From: the human T2T-CHM13v2.0 reference genome, Homo sapiens
Assembly: GCF_009914755.1 (NCBI RefSeq)
Contig: NC_060927.1
Strand: one strand, 5' to 3'
DNA: 64,000 nt
Below are positions 1 through 18,100 of the stretch, piece by piece. Made by a program: the position numbers and the translations under genes. The notes beneath the pieces were generated by a model, which saw only the letters and a program-made list of their open reading frames with translations, searched no databases and was not told where the DNA came from. The stretch's first letter is position 1. Each line of letters starts with the position of its first letter.

Positions 1-5646
<5,646 letters not shown>

Positions 5647-5865
5647 TAACTTTAGTGTAACCTAAAAACATACCAAAAGAATCACTTACTGCTTCAATAT
5701 CAATATATTCCTTTGTCCAATTATAAGAAGAAATAATGAAGTAAAACTTCAGTAATTTAGGTTTTCCTTGTTTCTAGGAGCTCCTTTTGGGACCATCAGT
5801 TATTCATAAATTTAAGCCTTTCCTTTCTACATCATTTTTTTTTTTTCTCTTCAAATACAATCCTT

Positions 5866-6002
5866 GGCTGGGTGTGGTGGCTCACGCCTGTAATCCCAGC
5901 ACTTTGGGAGGTGGAGGAAGGAGGACTGCTTGAGCCCAGGAGTTTGGGAGGAACCTGTGCAACACGGCGAGACCCCATGTCTAATTAAAAAAAAATTTAA
6001 AA
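5866..6002 (+). mobile_element. Alu monomer (FLAM_C-like)
   Basis: ggctgggtgtggtggctcacgcctgtaatcccagc...gcttgagcccaggagttt...gagacccc followed by an A-rich tail; a single arm only. Confidence 0.85.
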
Positions 6003-6169
6003 ATTCTTCCATTGAATATTAACCAAGGTTGTAAGACAATGTCTCCACTTGTGCAAGCTATGGGAAACACACAAACACAATCATACACACATACTTTAAA
6101 GCATATTATTAATTTTTATCTCAGAATGAATATTGTAATAATATAATTTACACCACTTTTAGTTTTTAC

Positions 6170-6360
6170 ATATTTCATGCTATTATAAGAACTGCGTATG
6201 CATTATCCTGTGTAATCTTACAGATAAACAGGGATTATTGTTCCCATCTTACAGACTAGGCAACTGAGGATTAGGTTATATAAACTTGCCCAAAGTCATG
6301 TGGGTATACAGGTAGGACTACAATTTGAACCCAGGGATGCCTGACCAAGTATTAAGCATT
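6170..6360 (-). mobile_element. MIR SINE
   Basis: MIR core on the reverse strand: attattgttcccatcttacagactagggcaactgagg...aacttgcccaaagtca...atttgaacccagg. Confidence 0.75.
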
Positions 6361-6984
6361 TTTCTAGTTTCCAGGAGTTTTTTTTTCACAAAGTAAGTGT
6401 CCAAAAGATCCTTGTTGAACCGCTGAATGCTGAAGCAGAAGAAAAGCAACAAAAATGTTATATTGTGAAATAAACTCCTAGAAAAGCTTAGCAACCAGAC
6501 TTTGAAAGAGCTATTACAACAGAATCCCTTGTGATTAGGCCTATATAGGTTTGTGAAAGACCCTGAAGCAGCTTTGCAGAAACTGCACCAAACATGCAGC
6601 AGTGAATTCTGAAGAGGTTTTGAACACATTTTTATTGCCACAGAAAAGGAAATGGAATTTTTAGTCATAATTCATCTAATAAAGCACTCCAAGTTTTTGC
6701 TCTACAGAGACTTTAGGGGGAAAGAAGAATAATAAAAGTGTCACAGATGCCACCTGTACAAAACTTCTAGGCTTTGACCAAAATGTAATGCCATTGTTTA
6801 GTAAGAGGCACTGGGGTACCAAATTCCAAGGACTATGTGTACAATTCTCTCAAGCTAGTTTATGCTTTCAAAAGACATCTGGATCACGATTTTAGTATTC
6901 CTATCACCATCACTAGCTTAACACACACATGCACTTCTACCTGGAAATTTTCAAAACTATATAAATAAATGTACTGTTAGTCCT

Positions 6985-7157
6985 GTACCTTTGCTCTTCA
7001 ACGTGTGTTCCATAGACCAGCAGTATTCACATCATCTGGGAGATTGTGAGAAACGCAGATTCTCAGGCCTTGCCCCCAAACTACTGAATCAGAATCCTCA
7101 TTTTAACATGAGCCCCCAGTAATTCATGTGGACAGTCAAGCTTGGGAAACACTGGTC
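6985..7157. mobile_element. MER5A (hAT-Charlie MITE)
   Basis: gaccagcagtattcacatcatctgggagattgtgagaaacgcagattctcaggcc...ctactgaatcagaatc...ttgggaaacactgg matches the MER5A layout. Confidence 0.85.
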
Positions 7158-9818
7158 TGTAGAAGGATCTGACAAAGGCTTTTCCTGCAGGTGCTAAAGC
7201 ACAGAGTAATGAGCTGCCAGGAGGAACATCTACAGTCATTTCAGCCATGTGTTGATTTCACTAATGGTCAGCAAATCAGTTTCATGTGAGACTGAACCAG
7301 GGTCCCACAACCTTCTTTCACGCACTGTGACAATGCAGTGCCCAAGCAAACTTTGGGTATTCAGTTATGGTGGGTTCACTTATAGTGCATAAGTCCTTGA
7401 TTTGCATCATTAAAACACACCCATTGCATTCTTTAAGATTCCTACCTTCTCTAGGAAGATATTTCTGTCCCATTCTAAAGACTTCACATATGTGCATCAA
7501 AGTACTAATTGATTTAAGTCGTAGTGCTGCATTTTGCTTATATAAATTGCCTTGTATTTATCTCCTCAACTTGATTAGATCCTTTGAAATCGGGCTTTGT
7601 AATCTACCATTGTTTAAAAGGGAGAGGGGAGGGCTGGAGAAAAATAACTATTAGAGGGAATTTAGAATAAAGTCTACTTTGGCCTTCATTTCTTATTTTG
7701 TGTTTTTAATTTTTTCCTGAAGAAAAACTATGCTTGGATTTCCCCTAATTACATGAGGATTCCAAACCTTTGTTCCTGATGGAAAATCAAACTGTGGGAG
7801 CTGGAGTCATATTTGAAAATGAAAAATAAGCAAATCCTGCTCCACTGTGAGTGGGAGCTGGTCCAGCAGATTTGCAATCAGTCCTCATCTCAGGACTTCA
7901 GTCAGGTTTGTGAACGCTACCACAGCTGTGCAAATCTTGGGGTAGAGAAGGAAGGACTAAGCACTTTCTGTTTGCCTCCTGTGGCTTTTGTTTCATTTAG
8001 GTTCCTACCCTATAAGCTTCACTTCGCAACGCCAAGGGTAGGGAAAAGACATTCAAAGTGGAATTTGCTCAGAACCACAGCATTTCTCCTCATTTTTAGG
8101 TCACAACTGAAATTGGGTTTTAATGTGAAATTTGCCTTAGGCTCAGCAGATGGTTCTCAAAAATCACAAGCAACAGTTTGCCTTCTGTACACTGATGTGG
8201 TTATAACTAAGTATAAAATTTCAAGGGGACACATGTTGTGTCCTAACCTGCCCTTTCTCTCTGTCTCTTGTTCCCCTCATTTTTTTTTCTATTTATATTA
8301 TTTGGTGCTGCAACATACTTCGCTGCATTCAGCCCATACCAATCATACGTGATTATGACAGGTGAGTGTGGTTGGAAGAAAAGAGGGAAACATCTATGCT
8401 ATACTTAGTGGGCTCAGATCATATGCTGATTTTTCTCTTTCTTTAAAAATAAATTTCCTTTAAAATTTGGTGTGAAAAGGTAAGTAAACTGTATAGTGGA
8501 TTTATTTACTTGAGTGACGTTCCTGATAATTCTCATCTTTAAATCTTCTGTAGCTGTGCTCCCAACCTTTCTGGACATCAATATTAATGTTCTGGGCTCC
8601 TGGCAGTAGCTAGTAGAGGTGGCATTTCATAATTCAGATGTAAAAATTAAAAGCCAAGTGCTAGAGGGGGTATACAGTAGCAGAGTACATCCATCCAACT
8701 GCTGATTGAAAGCCCTTCAGAAAGTCAGCCTCTCCCAGCCCTCCCTTAGCAAGGAAATGCAACATTACCAGGTAAATAATGGTGGCCCCCAAATTCACTC
8801 TCCTTCCTTATTTGAAAAAAAAGTAACTAAAAAGGGCATAGTAAGTTTCCAGAAATATTTCAGAGCTGTAACGACTCAAACTCTGAGAATCTTCAATCAG
8901 ATCTTCAATCGTTACACATGGGGATAGGGCTTTGACAAATTCTACCTGAAAACAAAGTTTGACTAACAGATGTATGAGATTGCGTGCTTTAGGCAGCAGG
9001 GAGTTAACTTCACCAGATAGTCCAGCAGTTTGCCTCTGATTCCCATTGGTAGATAACCCCACGGAGAAAAAGTCTCACAATCCCCCTCACTCGTCATCTG
9101 TGCTAAGGTCTTAAAGCTTTTGTGAAAAATCTGTCCATTAATGTTATATGTTGTAGGGAACCCAGATCCTCAATTCTCTGCAGAGAGAAAGACTACCTTG
9201 TCATTATTCTTTTCATATTATTCTTTTCTTCCTTCAAAATGAAGTAGACACTTGTGTTTGAGAGATGCAGGAACTTGGAGAGAGTATAAGAATAATTTTA
9301 ACTAATTAAAATGAAAACAAATGCTTATTAAATAAAAATAATTTAAAAAGACAATCCATTAGAAATTCAACACTGAGTCTACACAGTGAAAGAAAGAAAA
9401 CCACACCCAATGTTATCAGCATGTCTTATTAGAGTTACTGCCTTTCACCAGTGATCTGATGTTATTTTAGGGTGGAAACAAAATTAAAAGAAAGTAGGAA
9501 AAAAGTATTCTGTCATTAACTTCCTTATTTTTCCTAGCATTTTTTGTCTGTTGCTTGTTTGGATGTTACAGTTGTTTTATTTTAATATTTGGTTGCCTCT
9601 TTTAAAGATGAGAAAGTGGCCTTTTGTTAGTTCTAGACAAGATTCTATTTCTTGGCCACTTCTTGACATGATTTAAGATGAAAGTCTTAAGTCTCCTTCA
9701 AAAACATAGTTGCTTTCTACAGAGACTTTTGGCTAATGGCTACATCCAGATATTTATTAGAGAACTGATTGTGTGAGGAATTTTCCATAGTTACTTAAAA
9801 ACCTTTATTTTAAATGAG

Positions 9819-9821
<3 letters not shown>

Positions 9822-9863
<42 letters not shown>
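9822..9863. repeat. Poly(T)42 homopolymer
   Basis: 42 consecutive T, with no adjoining Alu or L1 body. Confidence 0.95.
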
Positions 9864-9866
<3 letters not shown>

Positions 9867-11809
9867 AAAAAAGGATATGCCATAACAAGTGTTCTACAAT
9901 GTTTTTTTCATTACTCCTAAAAATAGGTAAGCACCTCTTGCTTGCTATTCACTTGATTCTGGTAATTTCTGTCCTAATCATTGCTAAAGTGATTTTTCTA
10001 AAGAACCAAAGCATGAGTTGCTTTTTGTCTTTGTCTTCTGTTTTATTTTCTTTTTAAAAATGTTGCAAATATGGTTTTATTTCCTATAACTCCAAGGCCT
10101 TAAGCAACTTGTTTGTGAGGCCAAATGATTTATGCGGGACAGTATACAGACAAATTTTCATAAGTTACAATAATTCCAAAGCTTGAAAAAAAATAAAATG
10201 TAAAAGAAAGATGTAAACAGCCTGCTCATTAGCCTGTTTCACGTCTGAATGGAGACTGTCATTACATTTTAGTTGCAAAATATTTTGCAGGACAGGTCTC
10301 TCAGTTAAGAAAACAAACACTTCCTAACCTGTCTTTTAAGCCTCTCGTGAGTAAGAATCCAGGGACTAGGAAGCTTATAATCACTGCAGGCAGTGTTTGT
10401 GCTAACCAAAGTATGGCAAGGAGGCCAATTCAGTGAAGCACTGCAAATATTTGTGTGGCTCAAAGAAGCAAGGGAATGTCCCTGGTTGGGGGCAGGTCTG
10501 TAAAAGAAGGTGGACAAAAGACCATACAAAGCTTAGGGAAATAAAATGGAAGACGAGTAGGTGAAAGGGGAGACACGAAAAGTTTGAATTCCAACTTGGA
10601 TTTAGATTTTATGTGAAGACAGTTCAATACGCATTCAGAGATGAAACCCTTTCATATTTTTTGCAAAGGACAATAAAATAACTTTAGACTTCAAACACCC
10701 CGAGAGATGATCCTACTCATGTCAGATCTGGCCTCCTTCCACCACTTACCCTGTCCTATCTGATGTAGCTTCATAGTCTTCAAGCACCACAACAGATTGC
10801 TCACCACCCACATATGCTTCCATATGTGAAGGCAGAGAAGAGAAACTTTGGTGACTTTTGTAGAAATGAAGACAAGAATAAAACAATAAGGCTATGCTTA
10901 CTGGGATTATGCTTACTGAGATTAATCTGTATAGCTATATAGTTTATTTTTTATTCATTTGATTTTTTTTGAGTGTGATGCTTTTAAATAATAAAATATG
11001 CAATTCACATTATTTTGATTAGTTCAATAAAATTTGCCCTGATTTTAGAGTAAGTATCAATATGGAATCTAAAGGGCAGTATCTAGTTCTTATTTGGCTC
11101 CAGTGAGCATGTTTGTCTTCCACAATGAAATAAGGCAATGGTAATGTACTGGTCTCCTGAGTTCACTTGTTTAAATAATTTCCCCTCACCTTCCCATGCA
11201 AGGCATCAAAGAGCACAACAGGCAGCTGCCACTTTGGGGACCTTTTTAGTATTGCTGCCATTTCTCTTCAGTATGCACAGCCATCTTTCCCTCGACCTCC
11301 TGAAGGGGCACTCAATGTTATTACAGTCCTGCCACAATAGTAGTCAAAGTGTTTGCTGTGGTTCAGTGAAATTTGGGGACATTTCATCATCCATGTAAAT
11401 ATCAGGGAGACTGGCAAAAACATGCCATAGATTTCTTGGCTGTAAAAGATTAAATAAAAGTAGACTCCGGTGATACAGCTGGCTTTCCAAAATAATGTGG
11501 ACTATGTTCTCTGCCAAACAGTCTGATTTCAAGGTCCATAAAGAAATGTATCCGAATTTGCATTATAGCCCTGTGGAAACAGCTTGGGGTGCTAGAAGGA
11601 GAGTGTGTTAGGTCAGAGAATAAGTAAGCAACAATTGGCTTACCAAAATACAAGTCTTTCCCCATGGTCAGGATAATGTAGAATAAGTTTTCCTTGTGAT
11701 AAAGTACTAGATGTGCTTTCACTGTTGTTTGGCATAATTGTAATTCCAAGCATGCCTCAAGTCAAAATAGAACATTGTAAGTTCTTCAAAAATTATGCAG
11801 TAACTCCGA

Positions 11810-12050
11810 GCAGGCAGGCTGTTGAGTATTAGAGTTCTAGAGCCAGGAAGACTTGACCTCAAGTCCCAGCCTTAACATTTACAAACTTGATGACGCCAGA
11901 CAAGTTAATAGACCTCTCTTGGTGTCAGTTTTCTCTTATATAAATGGAAATAATTGTAATTCCTGTCAACGTTGTGAGGATCAAGTAATATCATGCCTAA
12001 CACATTTCATGGTTCTTTGACATTTAGTAATTGCTGAGATAAACAGTAGC
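11810..12050 (+). mobile_element. MIR SINE
   Basis: ctagagccaggaagacttg...caagttaatagacctctcttggtgtcagttttctcttatataaatggaaataat...gttgtgaggatcaa. Confidence 0.75.
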
Positions 12051-12634
12051 AGGAATTAGCTAGAAAATGTCTAGTATTTAGCTGAAATCCCTAAAAGCTA
12101 TAGCTAAAAATCTGCCTTAAGCCCTATTACTTTACTTCAATATTGAACAAATAATGAAGGGGCAGAAAACCATGTCAGTGATAATTATCTTAAAAAGATA
12201 TTTGTTCATCTTTGAACTTGATACTTGATGATTTTCACCATAGAACAATGAATTCACTTCAACCGTCTATCCAACAAAGCTGTACTGAGAACTTCCTGTT
12301 TACAAGACAAACCAATAGGATCCCTGTCCTGTGTGTTCCATGCTTAGTGTCTGACATATCACATACGAAACAGAATCCACATCCAGAAAAATCTCCATGT
12401 GCACTAGACTAAAGCTATCTAAAAGCAGTCATTTCATTTTGATTCCTAGGATGTCCAGGAAATAAAATATGTGTATTTTCATGAAATGAATGACCTTGGA
12501 AATATCAAGTATTTCCAGTGATAAAATAGACATTTATATGAGTCAAATGATAAAGGTCATGTAACAGTAAATCTTACACAACATTCTCTGTTTACTATAG
12601 TTTGAAGAACTCTGCAAAAGGTAGAATCATTAAT

Positions 12635-12851
12635 ACAGTAATTTTTACACTGGGCTTTCTGGAGCACTAGAATTTCAATAGGGGGTGACTTGGGAATTGG
12701 AGTTGAGCAAGTGAGGCTCTGGGTCCCTTATCCCCACATCATTCAAAGCAGCTCATCCTCATAAGTGTTTTATATACTAGGTTCTATTTTTTTTCTTTTA
12801 AAAAAGAGTTCAGCTGCTTAAAAAAATAAAAAATAAAGTTTGAAAACCACA
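12635..12851. mobile_element. hAT-Charlie MITE (MER112-like)
   Basis: Ends 'gagttcagctgcttaaaaaaa...gtttgaaaaccac' with internal 'caaagcagctc'; a similar relic lies at 15.8-16.1 kb. Confidence 0.55.
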
Positions 12852-13327
12852 TAAAGAAAGTTCAATTCCGTGACTTTTTTTTAACTTTTTCAAAGCCTAC
12901 CTGTCACACAAAATTTACAACAGCTTAAAATTTCAGCATTGTGTCAAAGCCTGCTCTGAAGTTAACATTAAAGCCTAACCACTGTATAACATTCATCTTG
13001 TCTCCTTGTTCTGCCCAGGAATCTTTGTATTTACATATTCTGGATGAGGGCAAGGAACTGTCCATCTTACAGAGGCATGCACTGTACTTGAAAACAAATC
13101 CACTAACCACATTAGTGTGTGTGTGTGTTTACACCATTGAAAGAAAGAGAGTGAAATGCAGATATAAAACATTATATCTATTTTTAAAGGTTTATTTTTT
13201 GCTTCAAATTTTTTAGCTTAATTAGATCTTCATAATGACTTTATAAAAAATACCTATAAATACCTATAAAAATCCCTAATACTGTTGTGAAGATATAAGC
13301 ACAAGTTCTTCATTACCTCTCTCTAGG

Positions 13328-13660
13328 CTTTATTCATTCATTCACTCATTATCCACAAAATAACCTTTGCAGAGTTCCCATCACATTCCAGAGACTGTGG
13401 AATAAAGAAATGAATAGGCAACATGTAGAAATAGATAGAGCACAGGTTTTGGGGTAAGACCAGTCATCGTGGGAGTCTCATTTCAGCAATTATAAATTAT
13501 GTGCACTTGAATATGTGACTTATTCTCACCAAATTTGTTTCCTCATCTGAAATAGGGCTTCAGAATACTGTCCTCATAGAGTTTTGATGATTAGATGTAG
13601 AAATTTATGTTCAGTAATGTATGTCCATTACTTAGCACAAAATAATAACTAGTAAGGATT
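13328..13660. mobile_element. L2 3' end followed by MIR
   Basis: (ttca)n L2-type tail at 13330-13350, then a MIR-like core 'tgtgacttattctc...tttgtttcctcatctgaaataggg'. Confidence 0.55.
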
Positions 13661-14274
13661 ATTTGTTCTTTGAAAGGCAGTTTAAGGCCATGAAATACAA
13701 ACACATCTCTGCTCCAACCCATGAAGGAATACCCAGGTGGCAGTGAATTTGTGAAACTACATATTTGGAAAAAGGCCTTAAAGCAGTCTCCATTGCTTTC
13801 AACTTCTTAGGGAAAATTGTGCTGTCTCCAAGCACTTAGTAAATTAATAAAACTCTAACTTGGTTTAGAAACATACTTAGTATAAATTGGCCTTTATTAT
13901 GGAAACGAGTGCCACGTGAACCCAGGTGTAAAGCAGAGACGGTTCCAAAATGCTCTACAAACATGCTTTCTAAAAGTGATAATATGAAAGATTAATCTAA
14001 ATTGATACTTTTCCCGGTACAGGAGCAATTCCCTGGGAGCGACTTAGGAGATTTAGGCCATCATCATCAGGATAAGAGCTAACACACTGAAGCAATAATG
14101 GCTAAATGGTACCCTGAGTTATTAATGCAATTTCTAAAAGGGCCTAGCTCATTATGAGGATATGGCTATCAAACAAGGGAAATTTGGCTCCATAATACTT
14201 TGCACATATTGCATATTTTTAACGTTTGGGGCCCAAAAAGCTGTGAATGCATTTGGCTTAGTGTTTGGGCTTGT

Positions 14275-14745
14275 CTGGTATTTGTTTTCTATTGCTGCAA
14301 CTTCTATTCTGCTAACTAGTTACCAGAAACTTAGTAGCTTAAAACAATACATATTATCTTAGAGTTCTGTAGGAAAGAAATCTAATATGGGGCATCACTG
14401 TGCTAAACTCAAGGTGTTGACTGAGCTACATTTCTTTCTGGAAACTCTGGGGGAGAATGTTGTCCTCCTTTCTTGGCTCTTGCCTCCTTGCTGCACCTTC
14501 AAGACCAGCGATGTTGCCTATCTCTGGTCCTTCTTCCTCTGTCACATTTTTCTCTGACTGCATCCAGAAAAAATTTTCTACTTTTAGAAATGCATGTAAT
14601 CAGATCAGGCCTACCAGTATAACCCAGGGGGGTTTGAACCATAATCACATCTGCAAAATCTCTTTTGCCATCTAAGGTAACATGTTTATGGATTCTGGGA
14701 CATAGGACATGCACGTCTTTGGAGGGTCATTGTTCTGCCTACCAC
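14275..14745 (-). mobile_element. MaLR solo LTR (MLT1D-like)
   Basis: Reverse complement starts tgtggtaggcagaacaatgaccctccaaagacgtgcatgtcct...gttaccttagatggcaaaagagattttgcagatgtgatta and ends gcagcaatagaaaacaaatac. Confidence 0.85.
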
Positions 14746-15819
14746 ATGTGGCACTGGGGAAATTGGGTTATTATAGAGAGTATTAAATGACATACGGCTA
14801 CAGGCCTTCTGAATGTCCCATTGTGTACATCCCTTAAGGAAGATGTGAACTTTTCAGAAAGCTCTCCCACTCGGCATATCTTGTTAAATTTTCCTCCATC
14901 TGTAAATGAACCAGTTAGACTAAATGATCACTAGATACTCTTCTAGCTTCAAAGGCCGGGGTCACCTAAGTCTGTATAGACAAAACTTCATGTGCTGTTC
15001 CATGACAAATTTTGATGATTCAGATTTCAAGGCAAATTAAAGCCTCACAAAAAGCAAAATAGGAAAAAGAACAGAAGAAGTACTATTTAGATTACATGGA
15101 TTACCCAGTCTTAGGTTCTACGTACCTGCCAGTCCCTACATGCAGTACTGTGTTCCCTTGGCACTGCCACTTTTTAAAGCAGCCATTGACACACTGGAAT
15201 GAGTCTAGAGGATAGCAGTCAGGATTTTATTACCATCTCTTTGATTTGAGATATAGTGGAAGGAACAACAAAAGTTAACTGAGAGAACTGAAATTGGAAA
15301 ATAGAATAAAGAAGGGGATGTGGTAACTTTCTTTAAATAATTGTGCTTATTGAAGAAAAGTGAATTTTATTCTGTGATGCTCTAGAGAGCCAAGGTTGGA
15401 TCCGTGGGTGGAAGGCACAAGAAGGTTCAAAATAAAATGAAACTTTCAAATAGTAAGACTTGGAGCAAAATGAAAGCAGCTGTTTGTGGGATAGCCACAA
15501 ATTAGACCATGTATGATTAGACCATGTGATGCTGGGCTAGAAATATTGAAGCAATTCCTCCACTGGTGCAAGCTTTATATAGTAGTCTTAAAGGCACTCC
15601 CTTACCACCAAATTGCTAGAAATTTTATGAATCTGATTACTATAGAGACATTATTTCCATTTCAATAAAAAGTAGATTAAGAAGATAATTATGCAAGATG
15701 TTTGATTGACATTATACATAAGAAAGCCATTTCTACTAAGCAAGGGTAGACAGATATGGAAATACACAAAGTTCCTGGAAGAAAGAGTTGGCATTACATC
15801 ATTCTTAAGGAGGTAGACC

Positions 15820-16092
15820 ACAGCCAAGATTTCTAAACTACATCAGTGGAGTCCTAGGGTCTTTCTGAGTGCATCTGGAGCCTCTAGGTATGGCAGAATG
15901 AGAAGGAGAAAGAAAAAAGTAGGGATGAACAGATGCAGAGGCGTTAGGGCCTACCATTCCCTCCATCCTGCCTTCAACCACAGAAGCTCCACTTCAGTGC
16001 TCCTCATAAAGTTCCCTTTGAAGAAAAAAAGAGAAAGCTCAAATACTTAAAAACAAAAAAAAAAAAAGGAGGGGTGGGAGGAATCTACTGGC
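15820..16092. mobile_element. hAT-Charlie MITE (MER112-like)
   Basis: tttctaaacta...tggagtcctagggt...ccttcaaccacagaagctccact...tttgaagaaa. Confidence 0.5.
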
Positions 16093-16469
16093 ATAGAGTA
16101 ATAATGAGACACAAAAATAGAAAATTGGAAATGAAAGAAATGTAAAATCTTTTCCCATAGTTCAGAGCTTTATTTACTAGATGGGTAGTTTTTTAACTTG
16201 TATACGTTTCTACATATATCTATGTCTTGTCATGCCATCCTTGGGTACAGCTTTCTGGCATGGCATGGTGGAGATAGAAAACATGCATTTTTAACATTTA
16301 ACTTGTAACCATACTGTATTTCAAGAAACTCCACAGACATGTCTTGTGGAAGCCTGAGGCTTCCTGAAACTTAGATAAAAACTTGCTGCTCCAGAAAATA
16401 CTGCCTTTAGCTAAGTTCATTTTAGCAATTCCTACGCGAATGGTACTCAGTAACAACAAACTTTGGCAA

Positions 16470-17365
16470 CTTTTCAAAATAAAAAGTTCACAAAAGAAAA
16501 ATGACAAACTGTCAGGATGGGAAAATAAAACGTTAATCTTTTGAATAAATAAAGGACTCTAAGACATTGATTTTAAAAGGCTTACAACCCAATTTTTTAA
16601 AAATGGGCAAAGGCCACATACACAGGCAATTAATAAAAGGAAAACACAAATCACATTTCAATATGTGAAGATGCCAAATCTTACCTCCCTTAAGCCTATC
16701 AAATTGGCAAAATCCAAAAATGTGATAACAGTATCAGTGAATTTGTAGGAATAGACATTCTCATACATTCTTATATGCTCTTTTACTGAAGACTCTTTGA
16801 TAATATCTATCAAAATTACAAATAAATATTCTTTGATGAAGTAATCTTAGAGAATGTATCCTACAGATATACATATATACACAAAAAGACTTATGTATAA
16901 GGTTACTCACTGCACTTATTTATAATAACACAAGACTGTAAACAAGCTAAATAGACTTGCTAAATACATATAATGTATATAATCCATTATATGTATTATA
17001 AATCCATATAATGAATAATATATGTACTATAAATCCATATAATGAAATGATATGTAGCTTAAAAATCAATGCAACAGCATTTCACCCACTGATATAAGAT
17101 CTCCAGAAAATCTTTCAGATTAAAAAAAGAGATGCAAATCATTACGCAGAACATTCAATTTTTATGTAAAATGTATGAAATGATATGTATTCATGTTTGT
17201 TTTTATATGCATCAAGAAAATTTGAAAGTATACATACAAATGAATAAAAATGAGTATTCATGATTGAGTAGATGGTGGCAGGGATGGAGAAACAGTTATT
17301 TTATTGTATCACACTTTAAACCACATGAATCCATTACCTTTTCAAAAATAAAATTTTAAAAATAA
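16470..17365 (+). mobile_element. Old L1M (L1ME-like) ORF2 end / 3'UTR fragment
   Basis: acaacccaattttttaaaaatgggcaaagg...cctatcaaattggcaaaatccaaaaatgtgataaca...ccacatgaatccattaccttttcaaaaataaa. Confidence 0.7.
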
Positions 17366-17859
17366 TTAAATTGACAACTTCTGACAAGCTGAGGAGATTA
17401 AGTAACTATTTACTTTTTAAAAGTAGCCTATTCTTTAAAACAAAAAAGGTTCAGACTAATGAGAATAAGATTGTATTAAAAATAATGAAAACATAAATTC
17501 ATGTTGGTGAATGAGAAGTATATCATCCTCCCTAATTAATATGGATTAAGTGAGTAATTTTTAAATTCAATTCTGAATTTTCAGATAAGCATAAAAAAGG
17601 AAAAATATCAAGTTATATAATTCTTATGATCTGATAAAACACAGCCTACCATATTTTTCATAATGAATTAAAATTTCCATAACCTACTACATTTTCTAGA
17701 GACGGAAACAAAAACACAACTTTTATAAAATTTTAAGAAAGTTTTTCTTTATCTTTGAAATATGCAGTAATTTCAACAGTCTACAGATTATGCAGAAGCA
17801 CGAGTCATATAAAATAAATATTAGCTATTTGTACTTCCCAAAATGGGCCATTTTAAGTA

Positions 17860-18100
17860 GTAAAAATAGCTAATATTTAATTAATTCTCACCATAAGCTA
17901 GGCAGTGTTGTGTTTCCTAAATGTGTGTGTTACCTGCACAGCAACCATAAGAGCCAGTCATTTAATATCCCCTTATACAAATGAGGAAACTGAGGCTTAA
18001 CAGGTGACTTGATCAAATGTACACACCTTTTAAGTGAATAAGATGAAGGCAAGCCCACAGGAAGCCTCCAGAGGCAAGGCTATCCTAGCCACCACACAAT
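17860..18100 (-). mobile_element. MIR SINE
   Basis: atccccttatacaaatgaggaaactgaggctt...gtgacttgatcaa. Confidence 0.75.

Noticed and set aside
7813-8352. 179-aa ORF in unique sequence
   Set aside because: Starts at TTG, has no recognisable domain, and runs through poly-T and pyrimidine tracts; consistent with a chance ORF.
16988-17046. 28-bp AT-rich tandem duplication (similar short duplications near 8890, 10893, 13248, 15500, 21096 and 52007)
   Set aside because: Ordinary replication-slippage duplications with no further structure.
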